Assembly: GCA_028534125.1 (NCBI GenBank) | Contig: CM052817.1 | Location: 106,332,001 to 106,396,000, forward strand | Length of the DNA: 64,000 bases | Reading direction: 5' to 3' | Origin: Lama glama | Taxonomy: Eukaryota | Part shown: piece after piece, positions 13,016 to 25,942 of the stretch | Numbering within the stretch: position 1 is the first letter of the stretch | Layout of the letters: the number at the start of each line of letters is the position of its first letter | Position numbers and translations under genes: made by a program | Notes under the pieces: generated by a model | Told to the model about the DNA's origin: nothing | What the model saw: only the letters and a program-made list of their open reading frames with translations | Databases searched by the model: none

Positions 13016-13278
13016 TTTTTTATTTTATTTTTTATTGAAGTGTAGTTGATTTACAATGTTAATTTCAGGTTTACAGCAAAGAGATTCAATTATACATATA
13101 CATATATATTTTTTTCCAGATTCTTTTCCATTCTATGTTATTACAAGAAACAGAATACAGTTCTCTGTGCTACACAGTGGGTCCTTGTTGTCTATCTATT
13201 TTGTATACAGTAGTGTGTATCTCTTAATCCCCAACTCCTAATTTATCCTTCCCCTACCCACTTCCCTTCAGTAGCTTT
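13016..13278 (-). mobile_element. 5'-truncated young L1 3' tail
   Basis: Poly(T) then tattgaagtgtagttgatttacaatgtt...; flanking duplication atgactttt (13011-13019 / 13286-13294). Confidence 0.9.
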
Positions 13279-14489
13279 AGTACAAATGACTTTTAATGCA
13301 ACTATTTCTCAGGATTTGAGGCATATTTAATTATAAATAATTGCATATAGAAGAAAACAAAGTGATTCAAAGGAAGTTGTGAGCACTGGAGTAATGGCTA
13401 TGTAGCATTAAGAATGTAACTGCACTCAAGACAGCCAGCGTAAATTCTTACATATGAGCCAAAAATGAACCTGGTTGATTAGTATATGTCAGAATTCATA
13501 ACTATTTTCAAGAAGAATAAAAAAGAGAAATAAAACATCACTATTCATAATGCTAAGTATGATCAAGCTTCAAGGTCTAAAGATGGAAGAAAAAACTAAT
13601 TTGCAGCCGTCATTATTTTAGAAACAATGACATTATTCAAAATTAGCTATTTTAACAAATATGCCTCTTTTTTGTTCTTTTTTACCACACTCTTTTATTC
13701 TCAAAGCTCTTAAGTTATATCACCGGGGTCTTCTGCATTCATATTATCTGCTTCAGCATTTCACATACTTCTTGACTCACAATCAATGCCTGCAATAAAA
13801 GTGGGAGCTCAACACTTTGTTGCCTTATTTTGTTACTTAATTATTTTTGCAAAGTATATATAAAATGGCATTTTCCCCTATCCTGATTCTAGCCTTGGTT
13901 AACAAAATATCAAAATTTTACGTCTTAATTTCAGCATCCATAGATTACTTAGACTCTGTCTTCACTTTTTTCTCCGTGAATAGAAAATAAGATTGCCTTG
14001 GCAATTTTGCTGTTAAAGGATGCCTACAGATTCTGCATAAGAAATTTTGGTACAATTTAATGAAAAGGCAGAAAACTACTTATGCTGCAACTAGACAGAA
14101 TAATGATCATGTAGCTCTCTCTTTCATTAATACATTTGATTTTGATTATAGCATAACATGAATATCCAAACATTTCTCACAGCTCCTGAAGCATAGTGAT
14201 TACACACAGACCAAAGCAAAATGTGTGGGATATTCCTTCCTTCACGTGTAATAACATACAATGGAATGAAAAAAAAAATGGTCTGAACAATTGACAACAA
14301 TATTCCTTTTCAAAGAGGTAAAAAGCATGGTTTAAAAAAAAAACAAGTGAATAAACAAAATCTTAATAAACCTTTCTAACACATGCAGCAAAAAGTGAAA
14401 ATCCTTAAGTCACAGGGTGGAAGGAGAAAAGATGAAGGCAGCCATTCTATAGAACTTTTCTACTTAACACACTTTCTCACTTCCTCATC

Positions 14490-14670
14490 TTGTGACTTTA
14501 GGCACATTATTTCATCTACCTAGGTCAGATCCATCATTTGTAAAATATGTATAATTCTTGTACCTGATTGATGGAATTGTGTGAGAAATAAATGAGGAAA
14601 TAAGGCAGAGCACTGAAAAATAGCACCTGACACAGGGAAAAAAAGTGCCCAGTAAATACTGGCTATCATT
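14490..14670 (+). mobile_element. MIR SINE fragment
   Basis: tgtgactttaggcacatta...catcatttgtaaaat...gtgagaaataaatgag...agcacctgacacag...cagtaaatactggctatcatta follows the MIR core and 3' end. Confidence 0.75.
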
Positions 14671-15610
14671 AAGAAACAGTGAACACCCAGCCTTCTCCCC
14701 TCACCCAACTCCAAGAACTCCCAGAACAAACATGCCAGGCTAATTAATACCCTTTGGGCAGATGGAAGTCATCTTCACTTGGAGTAAGAAATTGCCTCAG
14801 AGAAAAGACCTCAATATACTTTTATTTTGGTTTTCCAAGCATAACAGCTCTGACGGACCATCCTTTAATCAAGTTCTCAGTCAATAAGGAAACTTGTACA
14901 CACGGCGATGTTTTTCAATGCATAATTCTTATATATGTTAGGATACTAAGGAATCCCAAGCACTGGAGGAAAATAAAATCTAATAACAAGACAGAGAGCA
15001 AAAGAGGCAAAGAGAAAAATAGTACCTTGTAGAAAATATATAAAGGCAGGGAAGGAATATTTGAAGGCCATTATCACTGGCATAACCTTTAAGAGCTGAG
15101 ACAGCTTTGCATCTATGAATAAAGAACAGGTCGGTGCTGTAAAGAAAAACATTTATAAGAAAAAAGGAGCACTTGAAATAAAAAATATAACAGTAAAAAT
15201 ATAAATTCAATAGAAATATTGGGAAATAAAGATGAGGAAGTAAAACAAAAGTGTAAAAAAAGATGAAAAATAGTAAAATGCGTATATGAAAGTTTGAGAA
15301 ATAGCCTGGAAAGATTAAGCTATAAATAATAAAAGTTCTCTGAAAAAAAAGAGGAAAAGAACACTGAAAATGGGAGGAAGAAAATGCTGGAGAAATTATT
15401 CAATAAAGTTTTCAGACGTAAAAAGTCTTTTCATGATGGAAAGGACCAACAAAATATCCAGAATAGTAAGTAGAAATGGATCCAAATTGAGACATACATT
15501 TGTGAATTTTAGAACATTCAGAATGATGGAGAAGAAATCTTAATGGTTCAGAGAGAAAAAAAAAAACATTACAAGGAAAGGATCCAGGAGGAATAAGACA
15601 TCTATATTCG

Positions 15611-16110
15611 TGTTACCAAGTCCAAATGCATGGCCACACAACTGGCCAGTAAATCAGGAAATGAGGTGTTGGAGCAAAGAATAACAACTTTATTTAGAAA
15701 GTCATTGGGAGACCAATGTCCTAGAGAGCCATCTCACCCAAGTCAGAATTCAAGCTTCTTTCATACTGAAAGAAAAGACTTTGTGACTGGTTGTTGCAAA
15801 CTTCTTGGTGTCAGAATCCTTTGTTCCTGCAGCTGTCCACCTAGGTCAGGTCATGATGTCCCTGTAAACCTCCAACACAGACAAATGTTACTCTCTGTTC
15901 TGCAACTTTTTATCTCTATATAAATGAGAAAATGTTACATCCTTAAAGACTAGAGCCTTGAGGATGGGTCTCCTGTCTATTTCAGGCTCCAGGCAACATT
16001 CTTTTACAAAAGATGCAGAACCAGCATGATTCAGCACAGGAAACAGAGCACAGGGTTAGAGCCAAAGGAATAGATTTCATATGGAGTAAGATTTGTTCTT
16101 CCCTATTACA
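15611..16110 (-). mobile_element. ERV1-class solo LTR (family A-related subfamily, copy 2)
   Basis: tgttaccaagtccaa...atggagtaagatttgttcttccctattaca; the termini are shared with 10829-11299; near-TSD ttcg/ttct. Confidence 0.9.
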
Positions 16111-16434
16111 TTCTCAACTGCAACACTGGAAGCTAAAAAACACTTAAATGATGTCTCAGACTTCTTTGAAATAAAATTTATGTCTAGTTTAAATGTGAAA
16201 ATAGATTAAATAAATACATTTTTATAAACTCGGTGTCTCAGTTAATGCTTCTACCTCCAAATCTATCTCAGCAAGTACTAGAATATACACTTCATCAAAA
16301 TAGGAGAGTAAATTAAAAAAAAAATAAATAAATAGGAGATCCAGGTAATAGAAAAATTCTCATTGAAAAGGATGAAAAAATTCCAATAATAAAAGGAGAA
16401 CCCAAGATCTACCAACAAAACTAGAAAATTTCCC

Positions 16435-16870
16435 ATACACATATACATATATACATATACATACTAGAAGGTATATATACATATATACACACATATATGT
16501 ATTACACACACACATATACACATGTGTATATGGATATATGCATGTATACATGTGTATATATGCATATATAATTTATATATACTATTAGTGTATAATTTAT
16601 TTATTCATAAGTTATTCATATGAATTCATAATTTATTATATAACATAAATATTTTATATTCATACATAAATTATATAATAGTCACATATAACTTATATAA
16701 TTAAATATAGTATATGTAACCATATATAATCAACATATATAATGATATATAAAGATATATTTGATAATTTATATAGACGTAAATTATATATAATTTATAT
16801 ATAATGTTCATATATAATTATCTATTATTAAATGCATATAAATGCATATAATTCCTAATAATATAAATAC
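16435..16870. repeat. Degenerate (TA)n/(CATA)n low-complexity tract
   Basis: Directly visible, extremely AT-rich imperfect dinucleotide repeats. Confidence 0.9.
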
Positions 16871-17211
16871 TAAATGATCACTTATCCCAAATCATAATGG
16901 AATGTTTGGGAACTGGAAATTAATGTAATGAAAAAAGGGAATAAAATTAGCAAATTTCATCTTTTAAAGTGAAACACCTTGGGGAAAAGTGCCTAAAATG
17001 GAAAAATAAGGAAAGAGTGTTAAAAAAAGTTATTTAGAAAAGTGAGAGTAGAAACCTTTAGTATTTGCTAAAAGGTTTGAAAGCATTTGCTTCTGGGGAG
17101 CAAAAAACAAGGGGGAGGGAAGGATAACAGGTACTCTCCCTTTGTTAATAATGAGCCTTATACAATTATTTATTTATTATTTCTTCTTTGAAGGGAATGT
17201 AGACCATTGCC

Positions 17212-17372
17212 TTTGTCAAGGTTCTCCAGAGAAACAGAAGCAACAGAACAGCAGCATATGCACACGTACATGTGTGCATCTACCCATCCATCCATCTGTC
17301 CATCTGTCTAGAGATGTATTTTAAGCAATTGGCTCACATTATTGTGGGGGCTGGTATGTTCAAAATCTGCAT
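17212..17372 (-). mobile_element. MLT2 (ERV-L) LTR fragment
   Basis: caaggttctccagagaaacagaa...ttttaagcaattggctcacattattgtgggggctgg...caaaatctgc is the reversed MLT2 3' end. Confidence 0.8.
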
Positions 17373-18984
17373 CTGGGGGTAATGGACTTTTTATGAAATT
17401 ATCTTTTCTGTCTTGGAGCACAGCACAAATCTCCTTGCATACTAAGCAAGCAATTCACAAGGGTTTCCCAGATTTGACCATCTGATGGTTTAGCAAAATT
17501 TAAAAGCAAAGCACTTGCTTATTACCATGGAATAAATGTTTCACGTTGTGGAAAAAAAAATCATAATATTACAAAAAGAAGATTTACCCCTACCTTTTAA
17601 AGGATAGTATCTTAGAATACAAACATTAACCTCGTTCAGTGTTAAAAAAAATGTACTAATGTATTTGTAATTTGTTTATGTGTCTGAGTATTGAGTAAAA
17701 TCCCATCAGAAACTGCCCCGGTCCTTCGGAGCAAAGTTGAAAATGCTTGCACCAGAACATGGGCAAACCACCCACTCAACTAAAGCGGCCTAAAAATAGC
17801 CAGGCTAAATTAGGGTCCTCCACGATTAAACAGAGTATTAGTTATCTCACTCATAGATCTAAAAGGAAAGTTTATTTTTAATTACCCAATCCTCAAGTGA
17901 AAACTTTACTTAATTTGTTGCTGCTAGAATTTAATTGCCTACATCTAATGTTTTCAAAATTTGTGTCTCTTAGATAAGCTTTCCACAACTTTCTGGAACG
18001 TGACTTTTCACTAGAGGTTTTGAGTACAAAGATTGGAATGAATCAGAAAATGATCATTTAATGCACATTTGCAAAATATTGCATTTATATAAAATATATA
18101 CAAATATTTCCTCCAATTATTTTCATATATACCTGGGAGAGGAGTGATGTGGGGGAGAAGGTATGTACCAAAGTCATTCTTTTTTGCCAATAAGTGTATT
18201 TTGACAGAAATATCTGAGAAATATTGCACTTAATTCCAAATTTAAAAATTATATCTTTAATTATATCTTTATGAAGAAAACTGGGGCATATAAACCTTTC
18301 TCTTAAAGTACATGCACCCAAACATATGCTATGCATTTAGTAAATACAAAAGTATTTTTCATTCAAATTTTTCCTTAATATAATTGGTGAGTTTAATTTG
18401 TACTTTCTTTCAAAACCTAAAAACTATATTGAATTTATTTAAATATCCTACTTTTGAATTGGAAAAACATTTTTAAATGTCTAAATCTCAATACTGGTAT
18501 ACATTTATTCTAGATAAATCATTTAGATTTATCCAGATAATTTAACATTTTGTCTACTGTGTTGTTATTTATTCTCTGGTCTGATTTTAAACTGTTGGAC
18601 ATAACTTAGTTTAGGATTTTCAAATTTCATACACTAAGTAGAGAGAACACTTTATCAGCCCAGATAAAAAATTGCATTAGGGAAATAACTACAAACATTG
18701 GACTGACAATCTGCAGGTTTGAAGGTTCAGGTTACCAAGTAGACATGGTTTATTAGAGAAATTAATAGACCCTGAAAGTGTTCACAGAAAACCTAGTTAC
18801 GTAGCAAATCCAGAAGCCCACAAGATCCGTCTCTAGGCTGTAAGAAGTATAATGTAATTTTTTGTCAAAAAGGAGCACAGCCCGTGTTTCATTACTGCTT
18901 AACAATTGTCAGACCACACCAGGTATAATTCCTAATTTCCTAAAAACACTTACTTCACCTCCCACTTTAAAATAGTATAAAGCA

Positions 18985-19139
18985 GGGGGAAGGTACAGCT
19001 CAAGAGGTGGAACACACGCTTAGCATGCACAGGTCCCAGGTTCAATCCCCAGTACCTCCTCCATAAATAAATAAATAAGTAAATAAACCTAATTAGCTCC
19101 CCCCTAAAAAAATAAATAAATAAAATAAATAAAAATAAA
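18985..19139 (+). mobile_element. tRNA-Ala-derived SINE (camelid Vic-1 type)
   Basis: Head ...gcttagcatgcac..ggttcaatccccagtacctcc, then aaataaacctaatta and an A-rich tail; 16-bp TSD aaaatagtataaagca (18969-18984) / aaaatagaataaagca (19140-19155). Confidence 0.92.
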
Positions 19140-20309
19140 AAAATAGAATAAAGCAACACCACAGTGAGAAATGAATTTTATGAATAGAAAGATATGCATG
19201 GGGGAAGGAGAGGAGACACTTAAAGTCCTTTTGGACCCTCCCTCATCCAGAGATCTTTACTGTAACTTACTCACTGTATCCGTTTTGTTCTGGATACCAA
19301 AGTCAGTTAGCCACAGACGCTTATATCAGGACTATGCAAAACATCGCATGCATCACCTAGAGATGGATTTTTTTTTAATGAAGAATTTCAGTAATTGCTG
19401 GTAACTGAGCTCAATACCAAACAAATGGTATAATTTGTTGGATGATGTCTTAGAAAATAAAATGGGAAAATTGCTTGAAAGCTGCCCTAATTTTCAGGTT
19501 CACAGAAATCGTTTAGCGGCAAGGAGAGTTCATGAACAAGCCTTGTATCCACAGTTAGGGAATCTTCCATTCTTTCTAGCATTTTTGGCATCATGGGTTT
19601 TGTTCTGTGCTTGTACATCACTATATACTTGCACTTACAAAGACACAAGAACAATTTCTTTTTTCATTAAACATAACAAACAGACACATAAACCCAAAGC
19701 CTAAGGTTATGTAATTTCAACACAACGTAAAAAATTAGAGTGAATTTCAATGTGGGATTTTCTTGCATAAAATATATTCTAATGTGAATTTTAACATATA
19801 TGTTGAAAATAATTCTAGGCTGATTGTTGAAAACTTAATTTCTCCCTCTATGTGATAAACTCTAATACTTTTAGAAAGTTCATCAGTCTATCTACTTTCT
19901 ATTCCACTAAGTACCTCTTAACTGTCAATGTATTATTGAATTTGAAACTTGGATAGTGACTGGTACTTTACTAGTGCTTAATAAAACCTTTTTGGTTAAA
20001 GGGAAAAGTAATCGTTACTTCACAATGTATCATTTTAATTACTCATCTGAACCCTAATTTTTAATAAGTGTTTCTCATATAATACTTTATTTGAAAATAT
20101 AAATTATATTTATGTCTCCATAATGTTAATTATGCTAATATCTAAGTCTAATGTAGTTTTGTATTCCTTTATTTGTAAATTGAGGGCTTGTGACTAAACA
20201 GCCCCTAGTAATTCAAAAGAAGGTATTTTTAATATTTTATATTGAATAAATATACATGAAAAGAGATCCTAATTGTGTTATGGTATGTATTTACAGTATA
20301 AGCCTCCCC

Positions 20310-21950
20310 AACCCCATCCTTTCTACTAATAACACCTAAAATATACGTAAAATAAGAAAAAGCAACTGCCTGGAGTCTTTAAAGAGTGAAGAAAAGCAGA
20401 TTTGATTGTCGAAGGATGTCACCGTTGTTATTGCTTCCTTTCCCATGGCTCCATCCCTAGGTTTCAATCTCGTTGCAGAGAAGTGTAGAAGTGCGGAGAG
20501 AATAATATGACAAGAGAAATTCCATCTTCCAGTCCAGAGGAACCAGAAAAAAAGATGCTCTGTGGACATAAGAGTATAGGACAGTCCCAGAAGGAAGAGA
20601 GTTGGAGATTCCCTAATTCTTGGTATGAAACCTCATGTCTTAGCCTAATGCCTCAGCTACACAGCGTGGGGCAGACCCAAGTAGCCTTGGAAAGCTGAAC
20701 TGACAACTGAACCATCCGCATAAGTCTCAGACTAGCCTCTGAATAATGCACAGACCAACACAGACATAGCAAAGACTTAGAGCAGCAAAGGGAAGCAAAT
20801 GTAAAGTGAAGAACAAGAAAAGATAAACAATAAAATGTTTCACCACTGAAAATGAAATATAAAAAAAGTCAAATAGGAAATCTGGATATGTCTAGCATAG
20901 TATGTGGGGGAGAAAAAAAGCCTTGCTGAATGTCATCCATAGTAAAATGAATGACAGAAGAGTCAGTTAAAATTGACCAGCATAATTTTTTGCAACTTGA
21001 AGAATAGAGAAAAAAGAGATTGATAACAAATGAACAGATTTTAACATACCCATGGGAAATCAAAAAGTCTAACATATGTGCAATTAGACTCCCAGAATGA
21101 AATGGGAAAGATCATGGAAAAAAATCACATTTGTGCATATTGATGATGTATTTATTTCTAAATTTACATATATATATCCATAGATAGCAAACAAACACAT
21201 ACATACGTGAAATAATGGCTGAAAACTTCATAAAAATATGGTAAAAAACATCCATTTACAGATCCCAGAAGCTCGGGATTTCCAAGAGGATAAACCCAAT
21301 ATCACACCTACAGAAATCATAATCAAACTGCTAAAAACTATAGAAAAAGAAAAACCTTTGAAAGCAACTAGAAAAAGACAAAAAGTTAACAGTGATAGTT
21401 AATTTCTCATGGAAAGCCACTGTAGCTAGAAGACAGTGAAACAGCATCTTTAAAGCACTCAAATAAAAGAACTGTCAATCTAGAATTCTATGTTCAGTGA
21501 AAAGGTCCTGTAGGTGCTGAATGGAAGCAAACATATTCCCTGTAACGTGAAGGGTGATACAAGATCTACATGCCTTCAAGAAGTCTATGTATTATCTGAA
21601 GTAGTACAAAATTAGCCCTTAGTAGACTGTGAGCATTTGTGTGTGTATATTGCAATCTCTCGAGCAAGCAGAAAAAAATTCAGTAGTTACAATGGAATAC
21701 TAAAAAATACATATGAATTACTCAAAATAGGATAGGAAAAGAGCAGAGGTATGCAAAATGGAGAAATAAAAATGAAACAAATGATAAAATTGCAGGTCTA
21801 AACCATAACCTATCAATATTTACATTGTGTTATAAATTTAACATCCCAATTTAATTGTAAAAATAAAGTGAATGAAAAAGCGAGACCCTATAATGTTACT
21901 TTAAAAAGACACACTTACAAAGAAAAAGATAGGTTGAAAGTAAACAGATG
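20310..21950 (+). mobile_element. Old L1M fragment: 5'UTR, ORF1, start of ORF2
   Basis: ORF1-like motifs (aagtctaacatatgtgcaattagactcccagaa; aataatggctgaaaacttc; atcataatcaaactgctaaaa) and the endonuclease start (gacacactt...gataggttgaaagtaaa). Confidence 0.8.
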
Positions 21951-22134
21951 TAATATAATACAATTAAATTGCTTTTTAATACTGACTTTGAGACTATATG
22001 GTTCTGTTAGGTATATTAATCGCAATTAATTTAAAAAACACTCTTTTTTTCAGGTTATAAGTTTGCTATCTGGAGAAATGTGGGATAAAACCAAATCTAC
22101 AAGGGAAAGTGAAAATCTCATATAGTCATAGTAA

Positions 22135-22470
22135 TGTGAAAATTTATTAAACAGAAACCTCCATTAAATGGAGTTAGGAGACTAGGAGACGGAGCAAACG
22201 TGCCCTGTGATGACAGCAGAGCCCGACAGGAAGAAGAAAGTACCCTCTTTCTTGGCAAAGAGTCGGACAATGGAAATCATGAATCCTGTGTTTACTACAG
22301 CCCCCTGACTTCCTTTTCCCTTGATAAAAGGGCCCCCCTTCCCTTGCCAAGCAGAGACTTGCATGTGGCTCACCATGCTTTCAGGTCCAGAATTGCAATT
22401 CTCTGCTGATCACAAATAAACCCATCTTTGCTGGAGAAATATCTGTCAGTCTGTTTATTCCAGGCCAACA
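22135..22470 (+). mobile_element. ERV1-class solo LTR (MER34/MER39-like)
   Basis: TG...CA termini, perfect 4-bp TSD GTAA (22131-22134 / 22471-22474), TATA-like gataaaa and AATAAA. Confidence 0.88.
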
Positions 22471-23569
22471 GTAAGAGACAGAGATCTACAATCTATCAAT
22501 GACTTCGTAATTAAAGCAGTCATTTTACATTTGATAGGGAAACATAAAATTCACATCCCTAAATAATCTTCTGAAACTCTCTAAATCAAAGTCTGAAGAT
22601 TAGTAAGACATTGTGAATAATTCAGAGTAAATTTAAATAAGTATAAATTCTGAAATAATTTTTCCAGCGCAGAAGATGATAGCACTGACCCAACTAAAAT
22701 TACTGAATTACTGAGAAGTAAGAATAGTCCATTTAAAATACAGAATGTACTCAAGTGACGACTTCAAATATGATATTTAGTCCTGGAAACAGGATTCAGC
22801 ACACAAATCCGAATCGTCTGTATGAGTCAGAGTTACTGACTGCAATGAATTCAGAACTATTGAGGTTTTATTAAAATGTGAAGCCCCAAAACTGCTTTGA
22901 GCCATATTACAGACACTTGTTTTCCAGGAGCAATATAATGAGAAGTTTGATTAAATCAGTCATAAAGACTACCTTCAAGTTAGCTTCGAGATTAAAGTTG
23001 ATATCACCTTGGAATTTGAAGCTTAAACAACTGATGAACATTTATTGAAGCCATAGGCTAAAACTACAGCCAACTATATTTCAGGCTGAAAAAAAAGGCA
23101 GCCAAGCTTGAAAATACGCCCTTATGGGATGACAGAGTCTAAAGATGTGTTATGAATTTCTCACGGGTCATACAAGAACAAATAAATTGAGAACATGATG
23201 TTAAGCTGGTGATTTTCTTTAAAGTTAGTTGATAGAATTAGAAGCAGACATGAGAGTAATCTGGCCATTTTCATGGTCTTTTCCCTATAATTAGAAAGAT
23301 AATAACTCTAAGGGTTTTTTATTTGTTTGCTTTGTGGTTTTTGTTTCTATTTGTTTAATTCACACTGTATTGGCTGGTAAAAAATATCGTGAATAATTAT
23401 TCAAAAAGAGATGAGAAGTTTTATGTTTGATTGTTATTCTGTATCATGGTATTGATTAGAAAAAAAATGTGTGGCTATGTGCCAAATTTAGAGCCAGCAT
23501 GCTTGTCAGATGGCAGAAGTTCCATTTTAGCAAAAATAAGTTTTAAGTAGACAGTTACATGTATCAGTC

Positions 23570-23825
23570 TAGTGGTCTTGGGTCTTCGCTTAAGACAGAA
23601 AATTTGGAGAATGGAGACTTGAGAGGTTAAGACCTCTGGGATGAAAGATAAACTAGAAAAAAGATGCAGACAGAGAAGAGCACAGGGGAATTATAAAATT
23701 TAAAATTCAAATAAAAGAGAAAAAGTGAAAGGGACTGAAAGCTACAATCCTGTGAAGCTGAAGGAAAACCAGGAGACTGGCAACAAAGAGACCAAGTGAA
23801 AGATGAAGGAAGCCAGATAGTGGCT
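23570..23825 (-). mobile_element. L2 fragment
   Basis: Purine-rich reversed L2-like sequence (gaaggaaaaccaggagactggcaacaaagagaccaagtgaaag). Confidence 0.45.
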
Positions 23826-23863
23826 TAAAGCTGGATTCCAATATGTTTTATATATATATATAT

Positions 23864-24363
23864 NNNNNNNNNNNNNNNNNNNNNNNNNNNNNNNNNNNNN
23901 NNNNNNNNNNNNNNNNNNNNNNNNNNNNNNNNNNNNNNNNNNNNNNNNNNNNNNNNNNNNNNNNNNNNNNNNNNNNNNNNNNNNNNNNNNNNNNNNNNNN
24001 NNNNNNNNNNNNNNNNNNNNNNNNNNNNNNNNNNNNNNNNNNNNNNNNNNNNNNNNNNNNNNNNNNNNNNNNNNNNNNNNNNNNNNNNNNNNNNNNNNNN
24101 NNNNNNNNNNNNNNNNNNNNNNNNNNNNNNNNNNNNNNNNNNNNNNNNNNNNNNNNNNNNNNNNNNNNNNNNNNNNNNNNNNNNNNNNNNNNNNNNNNNN
24201 NNNNNNNNNNNNNNNNNNNNNNNNNNNNNNNNNNNNNNNNNNNNNNNNNNNNNNNNNNNNNNNNNNNNNNNNNNNNNNNNNNNNNNNNNNNNNNNNNNNN
24301 NNNNNNNNNNNNNNNNNNNNNNNNNNNNNNNNNNNNNNNNNNNNNNNNNNNNNNNNNNNNNNN
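23864..24363. other. Assembly gap (500 N) inside a (TA)n tract
   Basis: N run flanked by tatatata on both sides (23849-23863 and 24364-24480). Confidence 1.
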
Positions 24364-24620
24364 ATATAAATATAAATATATATATAAATATATATATATA
24401 TAAATATATATATAATATATATATATTATAAATATATATATAAAATATATAGAGATACTATATATTATATATATATAATACTAATCGATAAAATATAGAA
24501 AAATACATTAGAAATGATCAGAAGATATGGGTTGACCATTAAACAAAATACAACAAACAGAGCAGTAGGTGAGATAAAATTGTCTAATAATTTGTAGGAC
24601 TAGATTTAGGACAACTCTAT

Positions 24621-24677
24621 TTTTTTGGTTAGTTAATTAATTAATTAATTCTTTTTTACTGAAGTATAGTTGACTTT
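24621..24677 (-). mobile_element. Ultra-short L1 3'-end insertion
   Basis: T-rich tail plus actgaagtatagttgact; TSD ggacaactctat (24609-24620) / ggacaactccat (24678-24689). Confidence 0.75.
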
Positions 24678-24949
24678 GGACAACTCCATATCGTTGTTAA
24701 ATCTGATTTCCACAGAAACACTCTGTAATGAAGAGTGAATGTGGAAATTCCCCAAATACCTCATTAACAAAGCCTTACTTCCTTAATTAACCCTGGGAGG
24801 ACATAATACTTGGGTTTGAAGAGAGACTCAACAGTCAAACTAAAGCTAAAACCAAAAGAAAGAAAAACTGAGCAATAAAGAAAACATTGAGAGGAAAATT
24901 TTCATGTGTTAACTTTAATATATAAAACAATTAAAGGCAACCATTAAAA

Positions 24950-25140
24950 TGATTAGTGTGGTGGACTATCTTCCCAGCAAACTACCATTTAACTAGAAAA
25001 ACAAATTAGAAAAATCGATCATTTAAAATTTCTGGGACTTTTAGGTCTCTGGAAAAAAGCATGCAGCAGATGAAGAGATGTTCATTCAAAAAAATCTGCT
25101 ATATCTCAGTGAAAAGTGGGATTTTATGGCATTTGAGCCA
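24950..25140 (+). mobile_element. Old L1M 5'UTR fragment
   Basis: ttttaggtctctggaaa...tgcagca...tgttcattcaaaaaaatctgctatatctcagtgaaaa...tttatggcattt resembles recalled L1M 5' regions. Confidence 0.5.
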
Positions 25141-25479
25141 CAATCTTTGGTTGGCATTTTCTTTGGGTGGGAATTTCTTTTAGGGTCTGAGTTTTGGAAG
25201 TATGGGATGCTTTCTAATTGGCTTTTAAGTACGTTAGCCAGTCTTTGCTCAAGTCTCTGCCCCCTGCTATTTTCCTGGGTTTCCAGTCTGGGCAAGGTCA
25301 TAAGGTTCTTCTGTTTCAGTGGGAAGAAGGTCTGGTCCGTGGCTTTGGGGCATGTGTCTCACATAAGCAATCCTCAGTTCACACTTAGTTCATTCCCTCA
25401 ACTGGGGTTGAGAGGTTGACCATTGTTTGGGTTCTTGTGGCCCCTCCAGGTTGTGAATCTGGGTCAGCTAACTGGATTA

Positions 25480-25640
25480 AAATTCAGGAAAACTGGATCC
25501 TAATGTTGGTTTTCACCTACTGACTTTGCTACTGTGGAAAATTTGAGTAACTGTTTGGGGCTCATCTCCTCAAATATGAAGTGAGTAGTTGGATAAACTG
25601 ATCTTATTCAAACTCCTAAAGTTAAAATTCAATGAATCTA
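25480..25640 (+). mobile_element. MIR3/MIRc-like SINE fragment
   Basis: tcaggaaaactggatccta...ctcatctcctcaaatatgaagtgagtagttggataaactgatct...aaaattcaatgaatcta. Confidence 0.55.
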
Positions 25641-25744
25641 TCATTTTGATAAATTCAGTGAAAGCTTGGACCTAAATTTCCATGGTAACTTTATTGTGCA
25701 ATATTAATTTATTAATGAAGCTGCTCGATTTAAAACTGAGCTTT

Positions 25745-25942
25745 AAAAAATTTTTTATTGCAGTTTAGTTGATTTACAATATTAGTTTCGGGTATACAGC
25801 AAAGTGATTCAGTTAAATATGTACATACATATATATTTCTTCTTTTCAGATTCTTTTCCATTATATGTTATTACAAGCTACTGAATATAATTCCCTGTGT
25901 TATACAGTAGGTCCTTGTTTATCTATTTTGTATATAATGATG
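25745..25942 (-). mobile_element. 5'-truncated young L1 3' tail
   Basis: tttattgcagtttagttgatttacaat...; TSD ttaaaactgag (25730-25740 / 25943-25953). Confidence 0.9.

Larger units (their letters stand above)
14750..17180 (+). mobile_element. Ancient L1ME/HAL1-like element (ORF1-like region and 3' part), interrupted by an LTR and an AT-rich tract
   Basis: A-rich ORF1-like sequence; the motif gacatctatattc|tcaactgcaacactggaagcta is split by the LTR at 15611-16110. Confidence 0.6.

Noticed and set aside
16435..16870. Possible structured repeat array
   Set aside because: It is a degenerate TA-rich microsatellite with no constant repeat-spacer periodicity, and a CRISPR interpretation does not fit mammalian DNA.
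23843..24403. 186-aa ORF
   Set aside because: It is almost entirely X residues translated from the N gap and flanking (TA)n.
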